From the NCBI GenBank assembly GCA_951406725.2, contig OX597817.1, positions 90,396,001 to 90,460,000 on the forward strand: DNA of 64,000 nucleotides, in the 5' to 3' direction. Origin of the DNA: Octopus vulgaris (lineage: Eukaryota). The notes beneath the pieces were generated by a model. The model saw only the letters and a list, made by a program, of their open reading frames with translations, had not been told where the DNA came from and did no database searches. Positions 52,443-64,000 of the stretch are shown in pieces. How positions within the stretch are numbered: position 1 is the first letter of the stretch; each line of letters begins with the position of its first letter. The position numbers and the translations under genes are program-made.

Positions 52443-52859
52443 TCTATCTCCTTCTTGTGACATTCAGGTAATATCAGAGATACAGCTAACAAAAGGATGG
52501 AATTATCTTCATGTTTATCGCTAATGCACATATTGATTCAACTGTTATCTCTCCTCTTGACGGAACAGTAATAACTATTTCAAGAAGTATGAAAATAGAC
52601 AGGAATGTTCCAAATTCCGTTTTGGGTTGGGCAGTAGGGAGAGGGTGAAAGGGAGAAAACAAATAAGAGAAGAAAAACCCCCATCTAACAACCAATGGAG
52701 ATAGAATGTATCAATAAATGAATAATAAAAGAACAAAAGAGACTTTAAAAAATATTCTTGGAAGATATCTCTTCATGCAGACAGAACATAGGTAATGGTG
52801 CTGATGGTAGTGATGGTAAAGACAGTATGTTGGAGTGCATACAGTCATCAGATTGGAAG

Positions 52860-52891
52860 AAAAATAATAACTATAATGATGATGATAATGA

Positions 52892-52929
<38 letters not shown>

Positions 52930-52979
52930 ACAACAACAACAACAATAATGATAAGTATTATAATGATATTAGTAAAGAA

Positions 52980-53016
<37 letters not shown>

Positions 53017-53104
53017 TTTATTATTGTTGTTGTTGCTGTTGTTGTTGTTGTTGACGTTGTTATTGCTGGACAGTGTTCACTCCATTATGATAACAACTAT
53101 GATG

Positions 53105-53147
<43 letters not shown>

Positions 53148-53240
53148 GAAGAAGAAGAAGAAGAAGAAGAAATGCTATTAGTAACAACAATCTTTAGTAA
53201 ACACCACCACTACCATCATCATCTGCAGCAGCAGCAATGA
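52860..53240. repeat. Compound trinucleotide field (ACT, AAC, ATT, GTT, AAT, AAG)
   Basis: Direct reading. Confidence 0.9.
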
Positions 53241-53761
53241 TATCAACATCATTAATGGTTCAACAGACCAGAAGTACAACAAGGAAATGTAATGTAAAGC
53301 AAAACAATCCTTGCCTTTTCAGCATTTACTTGACATTCTCTACCAACCACCACTGTCTTTGCAAACACCTCCACACCACTCGTGCCAAGTATCACCATAA
53401 CCACTAGTGTATAATTATTACATTAGTATGGTAAGTTTCATACAATATTGCTAAGACAGACATTTACATGTACAATATATATATATACACACTCTTTGTG
53501 GAAAGTAGCGATTTGACGTCTATATCTAGCATGTTGACTGTCCACTTTTCGTGTTCAGTCCTTTAAATTTTGTATGTAAAAATATTTTAATCTTTGGATT
53601 CTTTTTAATATGCTGGGCCACTGGTTTTAATTGACTAATATCAATTTCTACCCTTATTAAATTTTATATATATATACACACACACACAAACACATATACA
53701 TACATACATACATACATACTTACATACATACATATATACATACATACATACATACATATAT

Positions 53762-54170
53762 GGATGCAGGCATGGCTGTGTGGTAAGAAGTTTCCTTCCC
53801 AACTGTGTAGTTCTGAGTTCAGTCCCACTGCATGGAACCTTGAGCAAATGCCTTCTATTAAAGCCCCAGGCTAACCAAAGCACTGAGAGTGGATTTCGTA
53901 GAAGGAAACTGAATGAAGCCCATTGTGTATTTATATCTGTGTGTGCATGCGCGTCTGCACATGTGTGTGTGTGAGTTTGTCGCCCTGCCCACTGCTTGAC
54001 ATCCAATGTTGGTGTGTTTATGTCCCTTAATTTAGTAAAAAGACCAATAGAATAAGTACCAAGCTTAAAAATAAGTACTGAGGGGAATTTGTTCATTTAA
54101 ACCCTTCAAGGCAGTACCCCAACATGGCCATAGTCCAATGAGAAAAAGCAAGTAAAGAATAAAAGATAAA
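53762..54170 (+). mobile_element. SINE family A, full length
   Basis: gcaggcatggctgtgtggtaagaag..gagttcagtccc..aagtaaagaataaaag. Head-only copies at 40853-41010, 46245-46385(-), 51195-51360 and 60595-60730. Confidence 0.85.
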
Positions 54171-54519
54171 GGTCCATGCAATGCTGTTGCATTAACAGTG
54201 TTTTTGTTTAATGGTATACTGTGCTAGAGTATATATCTAATCTATACATATAAATTTGACATGGGCAATTCTTTATTGTCTTGAGATTCACAGTCAAACA
54301 GCTGGGTGGAATTTTACAAAAAAATTACACAGATGTGTAGAATGATCCGGTGGTGATGCTGGGCTTTGTATTTTTTCATAGCTCGCATGGTTACCAAGAT
54401 AAACTACTATAATAATACTCTTGTGTTTATGAACGAGAAAGGAAAGGGTGATAGATGAATAAGGAAGGAAGAGGTGAGCATTTCAACTCTGTGATTATGT
54501 GTGTGTGTATATAAAAGGC

Positions 54520-54834
54520 AGGAGGTGCAATGGCCTAGTAGTTAGGGCAGCGGACTCGCGGTCAGAGGATTGTGGTTTCTATTCCCAGACCGGGCGTTGT
54601 GTGTGTTTATTGAGCGAAAACACCTAAAAGCTCCATGAGGCTCCAGCAGGGGGTGGTGGCAACCCCTGTTGTACTCTTTCATCACAACTTTCTCTCACTC
54701 TCTCTTCCTGTTTCTTGAGTAATGCTGCAATGGACTGGTGTCCCGTCCAGCTGGGGGGAACACATACACCACAGAAACCAGGAAACTGGGCCCATGAGCC
54801 TGGCTAGGCTTGAAAAGAGCAATGCTTATCATTT
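54520..54834 (+). mobile_element. tRNA-derived SINE with a V-domain-like core and 12-bp TSD
   Basis: Head ggaggtgcaatggcctagtagttagg..ggtttctattccc and core ctgcaatggactggtgtcccgtccag..gaaaccagg. TSD tatataaaaggc at 54508-54519 and 54835-54846. Confidence 0.8.
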
Positions 54835-55334
54835 TATATAAAAGGCGGGTATGTGAATGTGTGTGTGTGCATGTGCAATGGAAGTGGGATGGTTCATCTT
54901 TGTTTGCTTAGTATTTGGGTTTATTTTTTGATTTGGTTGGATCTTGGTTGGCATTTTTCTTTTTGTTGGTCAGTTATTTTTAGCGTTTTGACAGACAAAA
55001 GTCATTCTAAAATGGTTTAATGTAAGCATGCCCAAACAAGTCGAATGCTTACACAGAGCAGGTTTTACAGCCACATCATCCAAACTGACCGAGTGAAACA
55101 GGGCTTAGCTGCTAGCATGTCTATAGAATTTAGCCAACATTATATCTATGGACAGATGTAAACACCTTATCTTTATTTGCAATATCTGTCTTCTTTTCTG
55201 TACACAATGCTATTGTATATAAATACAAAATGTTTACATCTGTCTGTACATACAGTATTCATTAAAATCTATACATAGATTATGTAATACATGTATGTGT
55301 ATGTATGCACACACACACTTGCATATGTGTATAA

Positions 55335-55404
<70 letters not shown>

Positions 55405-55512
55405 GTTCTGAGAAAGAAGATTGATTAGAAATTCCCTCACAATGTAGAGGTTTGGGCTTAGAAGTGCTCAAAAGTAAACTGAGACAAAAGATATAAATAT
55501 GTAATGCAAAGA

Positions 55513-55580
<68 letters not shown>

Positions 55581-55600
55581 CAATGGGGAAGGCAGGTTTA

Positions 55601-55664
55601 TGGGATTACCTTGGGTTTTCCCGTCCATAAAGGGGTTAGCTTTTTGACATATCGTTAGATCCCA
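55601..55664 (-). ncRNA. Type I hammerhead motif (G5 mutated)
   Basis: UGGGAU CUAACGA ..stem II.. GAAAACCCAAGGUA AUCCCA, with a perfect 6-bp stem I. Confidence 0.6.
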
Positions 55665-55941
55665 AAAACCTGTTGGCCCAAGATCTCTTAAAAATAACCT
55701 CCTGAAATGTAAACATGGCCTGGAAATCTCTGTTCTGGAGTTAAGGATGTTCCCTGGTTTGAGTGAGTCCTTTAGGATTCTTGCACATTCTGTTATGCAT
55801 AACTTGCAATGCTTCATCCTGTTGATGTAGGGGCCTGTAGTCAGTAGTCAATAGCATAGGGGGATAATCCCCAATTGTTACCTTTGAGTAGTGAGGCATT
55901 TCCTCCTCCATATTTTTAAGAGATCTTGGGCCAACAGATTT

Positions 55942-56004
55942 TGGGATCTGATTATATGCCATAAAGCTAAACCTTTTATGAATGGGAAACCTAAGGTAAT
56001 CCTA
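55942..56004 (+). ncRNA. Type I hammerhead motif (G8 mutated)
   Basis: UGGGAU CUGAUUA ..CAUAAAG-loop-UUUUAUG.. GAAACC-UAA-GGUA AUCCUA. Confidence 0.6.
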
Positions 56005-56092
56005 TAATCTGGTATTCGGTCGTTCTCATTTTTAATATATACAGCTCTACATCTTAGAGTGTGCTTCTTTCAGATTTATGTTTTTTGCAGAC

Positions 56093-56136
<44 letters not shown>

Positions 56137-56882
56137 CACATGTATGTGTGTGTTTTGTGTGTATGTGTTATATAAAATTATCTCGCAGCATAATATCTGA
56201 GGTTCAAGTGAAAGATCTATTAAAGAAATTGTTTCCAAGTGATGTATAGTACACAGTCTTTCAGTTTGTTACTAAGATTTATGTGTATGTGTATGTGTGT
56301 GTGTGTGTGTGCACGTGTATGTGTATACAGGCAGACATACATACATAATACATACATATATATATGTATATACATACAAACCCATACATGATGAAGATTT
56401 CCATACAGTTTACCTCAACCAAATTTCACTCATAGCCCATGAATATTGGAGATGCCTGCTCAAGTTTTCATGTAAAACATGTGACTGTAAAGTAATCTGC
56501 TTCACCTTATAATCATACTTATGATAACAGATGCATATATATATATGTGTGTTGTGTGTGCATGTCAGTATATTTTTGTATATAATTATGTATAGATACA
56601 CACATGTATCAATGTATCTAGTAAACTCTCCAAAGTGTACTAGGTGCATAGGAACTGGCTCCAAGTAAGAAAACAAATAATAGAAATTGTGTATGTCTTG
56701 AAGGTAAGATATGTTATAGATACAGTATCATTTTCATAAACAATATTTTTGGGTAAAGTGATATGCAATTCAATAGACTTGCTGGTAGAGAAATTGTAAC
56801 AATAAATAAGAGAGGAGAAATTTCAAGATATGCAGTTTGGAGATCTGCTTCTTTATTATGGTTTGAATAAAGTGAAAATGTA

Positions 56883-57775
56883 TACAGGTTTGGACAGATA
56901 AACTGGGACTGACTTTAAAATGTTATAAGTGAATATGTTTCAAAAATTAAGATAAAATATTTCGAGTTTTTTTTAGTCACATTTGGTGATAAATTTTATT
57001 AGTTATGGAATCATTGTAATAATGTTATTGCTGAAATAAGCCAAACTCAACACAGGTTTTGTGATCTTATAAGCAATACAGTTTGTCATACTCAGGTTGT
57101 GCTTAATCCTAGAGATGTCCTCCATTTATTTCATGGTAATCACAGCAATTGTAAGCATACCTGTACTTTTCTGGCTGGTTTAAAATGATCTACTGCAGCA
57201 AAAATAAATGCAGCAGCATGGCCAAGCTTGCATAAACCATGGTGTGAGGAGGAGAGTGATAGTTCATCTCATTAAAATGAACCTAGGTATGAAATCATGT
57301 TTGCAGACATTGAAGTGTTTTCACAGCCTGTTCTAAAGCTATCAAAGCTGTGAGAGCCCAAGAGCTGCCCAACTATCTGAAACAAATGAAAATAAATTTG
57401 TAAACAACTAATGCATCAATCATTACAATGACAGGGTAATTACTTTCAAATCTTTCAAATTCCTTCTAGTCATGCAAAGTAATGGTGTTTGGAGCCATTG
57501 AAAGTGATGGAATTGTGATGTCACATCATTTTATAGAATTTGGTAAAAACAACAACACAGCTGCTGTATATTTATACATTCTTCTTAGAGTTCTGATACC
57601 GAGTATTCCTAAACAATATGATCCAAATGAAATTATATTCAGGACTCAGCACCAGCACACAATTTGCAGTGTGTACAGGATTATTTGAAGAAGAAACATC
57701 AACTCTTTGTGTCTATAAAAGTCTGGCCTTCTAGCTCACCAGATCCGAATCTATGTGACTTTTGGAAACATTCAA
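56883..57775 (+). mobile_element. Decayed maT (DD37D) Tc1/mariner-superfamily transposon
   Basis: TA-CAGG start, MVFGAI.SDG..YL.IL, then QDSAPAH..WPSSSPDPNLCDF with 37 residues between the second and third D (57640-57765). No right TIR is visible. Confidence 0.85.
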
Positions 57776-59954
57776 TGCAAAATTTCACCGTGGTATTACA
57801 TTTTCCCACAGTTCTTCTCTTTAGTAGAAGTGCAGTTCTGGGTTAAGCAAAGAGCAGGACTGGGTTAAGCAAAGATCACAGGCCTCAACCATTCAGACAC
57901 TATACCTTATGGAACTTTCCTATTAGCCTTCTATAGTGGAATAGCATTGAGAATGAACAGCACCATAAGGGTAACTGGGTGTCAGTGAGAATCAGCTGAT
58001 TTATGTGGTATGGAAGATTTTCAGCCCAGGGACTATGGATAATTTCCAGAAATGCCTGGTCTGACAGTGCTACAAAAAGAGGCATTATTGGCTTGAAACA
58101 AACTCTACAGGCAAAGAAGTGCCATCAATTGGGCCTCTCTGTGATGCATGCAGTGTGTTTGAAGCCATTCTGTACACATCTTATGCCCAAACATTGCTGA
58201 TTAGTGAAATTTTGCAGGAAAAAAAAAATGTTATCACATGCAAGATGTACCCGGAAACTGGAAGAATTTATTGTGAAGATTACCCAGCCACTTCCTTTGG
58301 CTAGCAAGAGCAGGCAAAGTCTGCAATCCATGGATATAAGGAGATCCTTCCAATAGGTTTTCATTCCACCAAAGTTTATTCACAAAAGGCTCCAGTCTGT
58401 TTTGACTTGGCTTCTATGGCTAGATGCCTTTTGATATGCCAAGTATTTCACAGTGCTTTTCATATGTCAGTGGCACAGGTGCCTTTTATAAGTCACCTTT
58501 CCTTCTTTTGTTTGGAACCAACATCTCCTAGATGTGTGAGTCTAATCAACTGAATTCTTCTCTTTTTGCAACATTATCAGACCCACAATATCCTACTGGT
58601 ATTCATGTTAGTGATAACAGAAACACAAAAGGGGAATCAAAATATCAGACCAGGCACCTGGTATGCAATTCACATCTCCAAGTGGTGAAGTCATTCAAGC
58701 AAAACATTCTATTCACCACCACCACCACCACCACCACTACCATCTGACCCTAGTATACTACTGGTACTTATCAACATGAGATTGTAGAAGAAACAGATGA
58801 ATGGTGAGAGAATGTTTGGAAATTAGAATACTGGGGTTTGAAACAGCATACGGTGATTTTAATGAAAGGATGTCTGCCAACTGTTGCTAACTCACCATCC
58901 TACTTTAAATTTGTAAATAGCAACAGTGTAGAACGTGGAGTAGTAACCAACAGCGTAAAGAAACTCTGACCTACAGCATTGTTAAGATGAGAGAGTGGTA
59001 GTGGTGATGGTTGTATGGTATGGTGGCAGTGGTGTGTTTGTGGTGGAGTAATGGTGTGATGGATTGGGAGTGGTGGTAGAATAAGGTGGTGATAGAGAGG
59101 TAGAATGGTGATGGTGTGGAGGTGTGGTGATGGAGTGGTATAGCTGTGGTTGATTGGTGATGGTGGTGGTGAAGTGATGGAATGGTGGTGCAAGTGATGC
59201 AGTAGAGTGGTGATATGTTGGCTCTGGTACGGTGCTGGAGTGGCATGATGTACTTACGACTATTAGAAGTCAGTGAAATGACTATTGATTATTAAGAGGA
59301 GGAGGAGGAGGAGAAGAAAAAGAAGGGGAAGGGGAGAGAAAGAGGAGGAGAGAAGAAGGAAGAGAGAAAGAGGAGGAAAAGATAGGGGAGGAGGGGGAGG
59401 ATTGGAAAGAGGAAAATGTGAGAAAGAATGAAAGGAAGACGGGATTTTGTCATGCATGCTGAAGCTTTAGAATGTATAGAGATTACAGAGATGAAGTGAT
59501 TGATTTTCAGCTTGTGATTAGTTTTACAGCTGGTGTTCCTGATATATTTATAGTTAGAGAAGCAGCCAAATTCTATATGGCACAGCAGCCAAATTTTACA
59601 ACCATTTTCCTCCTGATCAAGGAATATGGTGAGGAAAAACCAGGTCAAGTGGAACGAATTTCTTTTGTCTGTATGACTTAGATTACCTGTATTTAGTAGA
59701 AGCAACAGAGCAGCCACTCAAGTGTGTGTGTGTGTGTGTATGGAAGTGGATCATTAGAGAAAGTTTCAGTGAGTGACAAAAAGATGGGAAAAGGGAGTGA
59801 GGAGAGACTGTGATTGAAAGAGAGAAAAGGTTTGTGTATGTGTGGGCTTGTTAAATATGTATTCATAATGCATCTATAGAAGAGTGTGTGTGTGTGTGCT
59901 TGAGTGTGTATGTATGTATAATGTCAGTGTGCATATATGATAGAGTATAAATGA

Positions 59955-60585
59955 TTTAAGAGGAAGCTGGGTATAAGAGGCATCAGATATTGCATGTAAG
60001 TGAGAAAACTGCACTGGTATGGTCATGTGATGTGTATGGATGAGGATAGCTGCATAAAGAAGTGCCAGTCTCTAATTGTGGAAGGAACCTGTGGAAGGGG
60101 TAGACCCAGGAAGACATAGGACAAAGTGGTGAGAAAGTATCTTCAGACACTGGACCTCACTGAGGAGATGGCAAGAGATTGGGACTTGAGGCAATTTGCT
60201 GTACTTGAGAAGACATGTCAAGCTAAGCAAAATTGTAGCCATCCATACATGTAGGCGTGTCCTTTACAGACATGTTTCCACTTCCTCTCCCAGCTGAAAG
60301 GTCTTTGGCTTGCAGATGCTGGTGCCACGTAAAATGTACACATGCTGGTGCCACATAAAGTACACTTGTGCTGGTGCTATGTAAACGCACCCCATACCAG
60401 TGCAGTGTAAAAAGCTCCCAACACACTCTGTAAAGTGGTTGGTGCTAGGAAAGGCATCAAGCCATAGAAATCATGCCAAAACAGACAACTGGAGCCTGCA
60501 CAGCTCCCCGGCTAGCCAGCACCTGTCAAACCACCCAACTCATGCCTGCATGGAAAACGGATGTTAAACAATGGTGATGATGACA
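59955..60585 (+). mobile_element. RTE LINE 3' fragment with 26-bp tandem units in the UTR
   Basis: KLGIRGIRYC..LHWYGHVMCMDEDSCIKKCQSLIVEGTCGRGRPRKT*DKVV. Units start at 60317, 60343, 60369 and 60395, followed by a (GAT) tail. Another tail lies at 60845-61040. Confidence 0.9.
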
Positions 60586-61283
60586 TATAAGTGTATACAT
60601 GGTTGTGTTGTTAAGGAGTTCACTTTGCAACCCAGTGTAGGGCTCTTAGTTCAGGTGCCTTCTTTTATAGCCTTGTGCTAACCAAAGCTTTGCAAATTGA
60701 TTTTGGGAGTTAGAGAATAAAAGAAGCCCATTAGGTAATCAAATCAGACCATACATATCCATTCTAATAGAAACAAGGAATATTTTCCTCACTAGGAATA
60801 TACTTTTTCTATAAAGAAATATTCCCAACAAGGAATATTTTCTCAGTAAAGTGGTTGGTGTTAGGAAGGGCATGCAACCTAAAATAACCATGCCAAAGTA
60901 GGCAGTGGTGTTTGGCACAGTCCCCTGGTTTACCAGCTCCTCTCAAACTGTTCAACCCATGTCAGCACGGGAAAAGGATTTTAAATGATAATGATGATGA
61001 TAGTGGTAATGATATGATGATGATGATGATGATGATGATGTGAGTGCATGTGTTTGTGTCTCTTTGTTTTGATGTCACACAATCGTTGAAAATGAGCATC
61101 AGCATCATATAAGCATTGCCGATTGTTTCCAGCCCTCAGTAAAAACATGTCAAGCCATTGAAGAATATCATCTTACTTGAAAACAGGTGAAAGTTGCTAG
61201 AGGGACATCCAGCTGTAGAATATCTGTCAAATGACATAACAGTCTATACCATTCCTAGGGCTCACCACACATATACATACATA

Positions 61284-62500
61284 CTGTAAAAACCTATGGA
61301 ATTTGCACACCTGTGTAATTTACGCAGGTGATTTTCAGGATAAAAATTGTTAAAAAAAGCTTCTACTCATATAAAATTTGCACCCAAACGTTTCCAGAAT
61401 TGCTGATATGGCAAAGGGAAAAAAGTTTTCAATTTAGCTGTATTTAGCATAATTTCTCTAACTTATGATTAGATTTTATTAAATTTTCATTAAATAAGAA
61501 TAATTTCTGTTTAACAGTTATCACATTGAAAGCTATTAAATTATGAAGTGTTTGTGTTGTTTATAATAAACTTTATTTTACATTTCTTGCCCACAAGAGA
61601 TTATGTCCAATCTTTAGCATACTTCTGTATGTCTTCACGTTCACAGGAAAAATTGTAGATAATTCCTACCAACAAAAACAAAGCTGATAAATACACACAA
61701 GTGTTGCCAAATAAGTTTAATTACCAATAAACATCAGTTTGGATGACACTTTACTCAATTGACAGAGATAGGTGACTGATCAAACTGATTATGTAAACAG
61801 AATTCTGATGGGTTGAAAGTGTCTTCTTGTCTCAAGCTCTGATTTTTTGCTTATTCTTGTTGGAACCTTTGATATGGAATATTGAAATTTTAATCCCTTT
61901 CACACTTATAAAATGTCAAGCAAAATTTGTCATTACTGTTTTAGCCAGGAGACCAAACTGATAGTTTGGTAACCCACCAAAATAAAAATTAAAAATCAAA
62001 AGGAGAAAATATACAGCTTTGAAAGTTTAACTCAGTGTTTATTGAACAAGAGAGATGCGAAATTTAAGAAGCGACTTGTTAGAATGTACACGTCTGTGAG
62101 GAGACATAAACAAGAATAGCAAAAATCTACTCTACCAAAAGAACTGGTAATACATACATTGCAAGTGTTCTATGAAGAGAATGTAAGATTGCTGCATAAT
62201 TCAACATGAATGTGAAACATTAAACATTGTATAGGGTATATGAAGGTTTCTGTAGGAACGCTAAGTCATATTCACTTCATGAGGATGAATTATGATGTTG
62301 ATGCCGACATTAAATGCAGTAAGAGCTGATAGCAGAGGTGAGGAATTTCATTGTGTCATAACATGGAGAAAGCGAGCAAATAGCTTCCTGGTTCAAACAA
62401 AAGCTAGACTCCCTAAGTGGAGAAAAACTGATCTATTTAAGGAAATTGCTGGGCTCCTTCATGATAGGAAGAAACTCCAAGCAATGAAATAGTTAAACTG
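61284..62500 (+). mobile_element. Possible pogo/Tc2-like DNA transposon remnant
   Basis: TA-CTGTAAAA start with repeated aattt(g/a)c(a/g)ca subterminal motifs. ORF 62292-62492 has an AVRA..VITWRK pattern like a pogo N-terminal HTH. Confidence 0.35.
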
Positions 62501-62867
62501 TATATCACATAAGTTTCATTCAAAGTATTATTTAGTAATGTGAACCATCTTTACCACCATCATTTTATGTTGGCTTCTTGTTTGGTGCTACATGGATTGG
62601 ACACGAGTTATCACAAACCATATTAGTTATGTTGGGTTTCTCTTCTCCTATTTCTGTCAAAAATGTTTCATGTGTATGCTCCATTTTTGTTGTGTGTTTC
62701 TATGGTTGTATACCCTTTCCATTGCCAGCTAAGTAATAGTGGACATGAGATATATTTTATCATAGCCTCAGCATTAGGGAGGCTGTTGTGTCTTCAGCAA
62801 GGTTGAAGTCCTCACTGTCCTACTTTGTCTCTATTCAGCAAGCATCTTACGGAAAGTACCTTGTGCA

Positions 62868-62990
<123 letters not shown>

Positions 62991-63707
62991 GTTTGGTGAG
63001 ACAAACAAGAGAAATAGAATTCAACAGGCAAAGTGGAGCATACATATTCATTAACTGCAAAGCTACATAAGTGACTTGAGAGAAGAAAATTTCATGCAAG
63101 GCATTTACCAAACTATTTTATTAGTATTAAAGCCACTTACATAGCTTTACAGCTAATATATAAATATACATTAATATATAAAAAAAAGGCAATGTATGTA
63201 CAAAGGTTTTAGTTTGCAGTTCAGTTTTATAACTAGAGGGCTGAAACTTTGCATAGGTGCACATATTTTCAAAGTTGTGCACCAATGCAAAGTGGTGCAC
63301 ATCTTTTTAAAGATGTGCACTAATGTAAAATTTGCAACTTTCTTTTTGATAATTTTTGAAAAGAAAACAGAATTGTGAATGGCAAAATCCCAACCAACGA
63401 AAACAAACACCACCTTACTGTGAAAATTAAAAATGAAACTAATAAATAGAATACTAAATTAGATAAATTTTAAGATTTTGTATCTTCTTCCTGGAGAGTC
63501 TATCAAATAAAAGATTACATAAAGTTCAACTAGTACCATCTTTTGAATTGCTTGGATGAAATAATTCTGAAAACATCAACAATACCAGACTAACATCTTT
63601 TTAAGTCAATTAATTTTGAAATTTATTGACAGCATCATTTTAAATCAATTAAACTAAAAGGAAGTGAATTCATGTGATTATATTCAAATTGATAATGATT
63701 ATCTTTT

Positions 63708-63897
63708 CTAATTTTGGAGGGAAGGGGCAAGTTGATCGCATTGATTCCAGTGCTCAACAGGTACTTATTTCATTGATTCTGAAAAGATGAAAGGTAAAAT
63801 CAAACTTGGTGGAATTTCAACTCAGAGCATAATGAGTTGGAAGAAATGCTGCTAAGCAGTTTGTCTCATGTGCAAACACTTCTGCCAGTTTGCTGCC
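63708..63897 (-). mobile_element. SINE family B
   Basis: ccagtgctcaacaggtacttattt..gaaaagatgaaagg..ttctgccagtttgctgcc. Confidence 0.8.
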
Positions 63898-63925
63898 AAG
63901 ATTTTAGGTAATAATAAATCCAGAC

Positions 63926-64000
63926 AAAGTGGCATGTAAAAAAACACCATTTGAGTGTGACCATTACCAATGTTACCTTACTGGCACTTATGCCGATGGT
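63926..64000 (+). mobile_element. Start of an RTE-UTR 65-bp unit array running off the window
   Basis: gtggcatgtaaaaaaacaccatttgag..ccttactggcactt is the reverse complement of the units at 20688-20900. Confidence 0.7.

Larger units (their letters stand above)
55577..56035 (-). mobile_element. Penelope-like 3' fragment with inverted terminal arms next to (TA)n
   Basis: Minus strand PYINRMKHCKLCITECARIL..LNSRTEISRPCLHF matches the CxLC..E..LNxRxE..CxH GIY-YIG C-terminus. Arms 55577-55696 and 55911-56035 are reverse complements. Confidence 0.85.

Noticed and set aside
54847-55115. Second small Helitron ending ..agctgCTAG
   Set aside because: The hairpin is degenerate, CTAG is followed by C rather than T, and no clear TC start exists.
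57900-58330. Possible LINE C-terminal zinc knuckle (CDAC..E..)
   Set aside because: The His and final Cys are not in frame and no adjacent RT motif is visible.
59472-59681. 69-aa ORF with protein-like composition
   Set aside because: No recognisable domain or splice context, and a length expected by chance.

Overview
AT-rich, repeat-saturated eukaryotic non-coding DNA (intron or intergenic). The SINE families and very dense (TA)n/(CA)n/(GATA)n/(AAT)n tracts suggest an octopus genome; this is inferred from repeat style, not verified. No intact protein-coding gene is recognisable. Nearly all ORFs in the track are microsatellite translations or decayed transposon fragments. Recognisable elements: an internally deleted Mag-type Ty3/Gypsy LTR retrotransposon (32659-35946), at least three decayed Penelope-like elements, RTE and R4/Dong LINE fragments, a non-autonomous Helitron, mariner, maT (DD37D), hAT and piggyBac-type DNA elements, and several tRNA-derived SINE families. 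The most interesting hidden layer is a set of type I hammerhead ribozyme motifs. One lies in a tRNA-headed SINE-like unit inserted as a head-to-head inverted pair (23087-23607), and one copy of that unit ends essentially at the predicted self-cleavage site. All coordinates and alignments were read by eye, so the ends of decayed elements are approximate.
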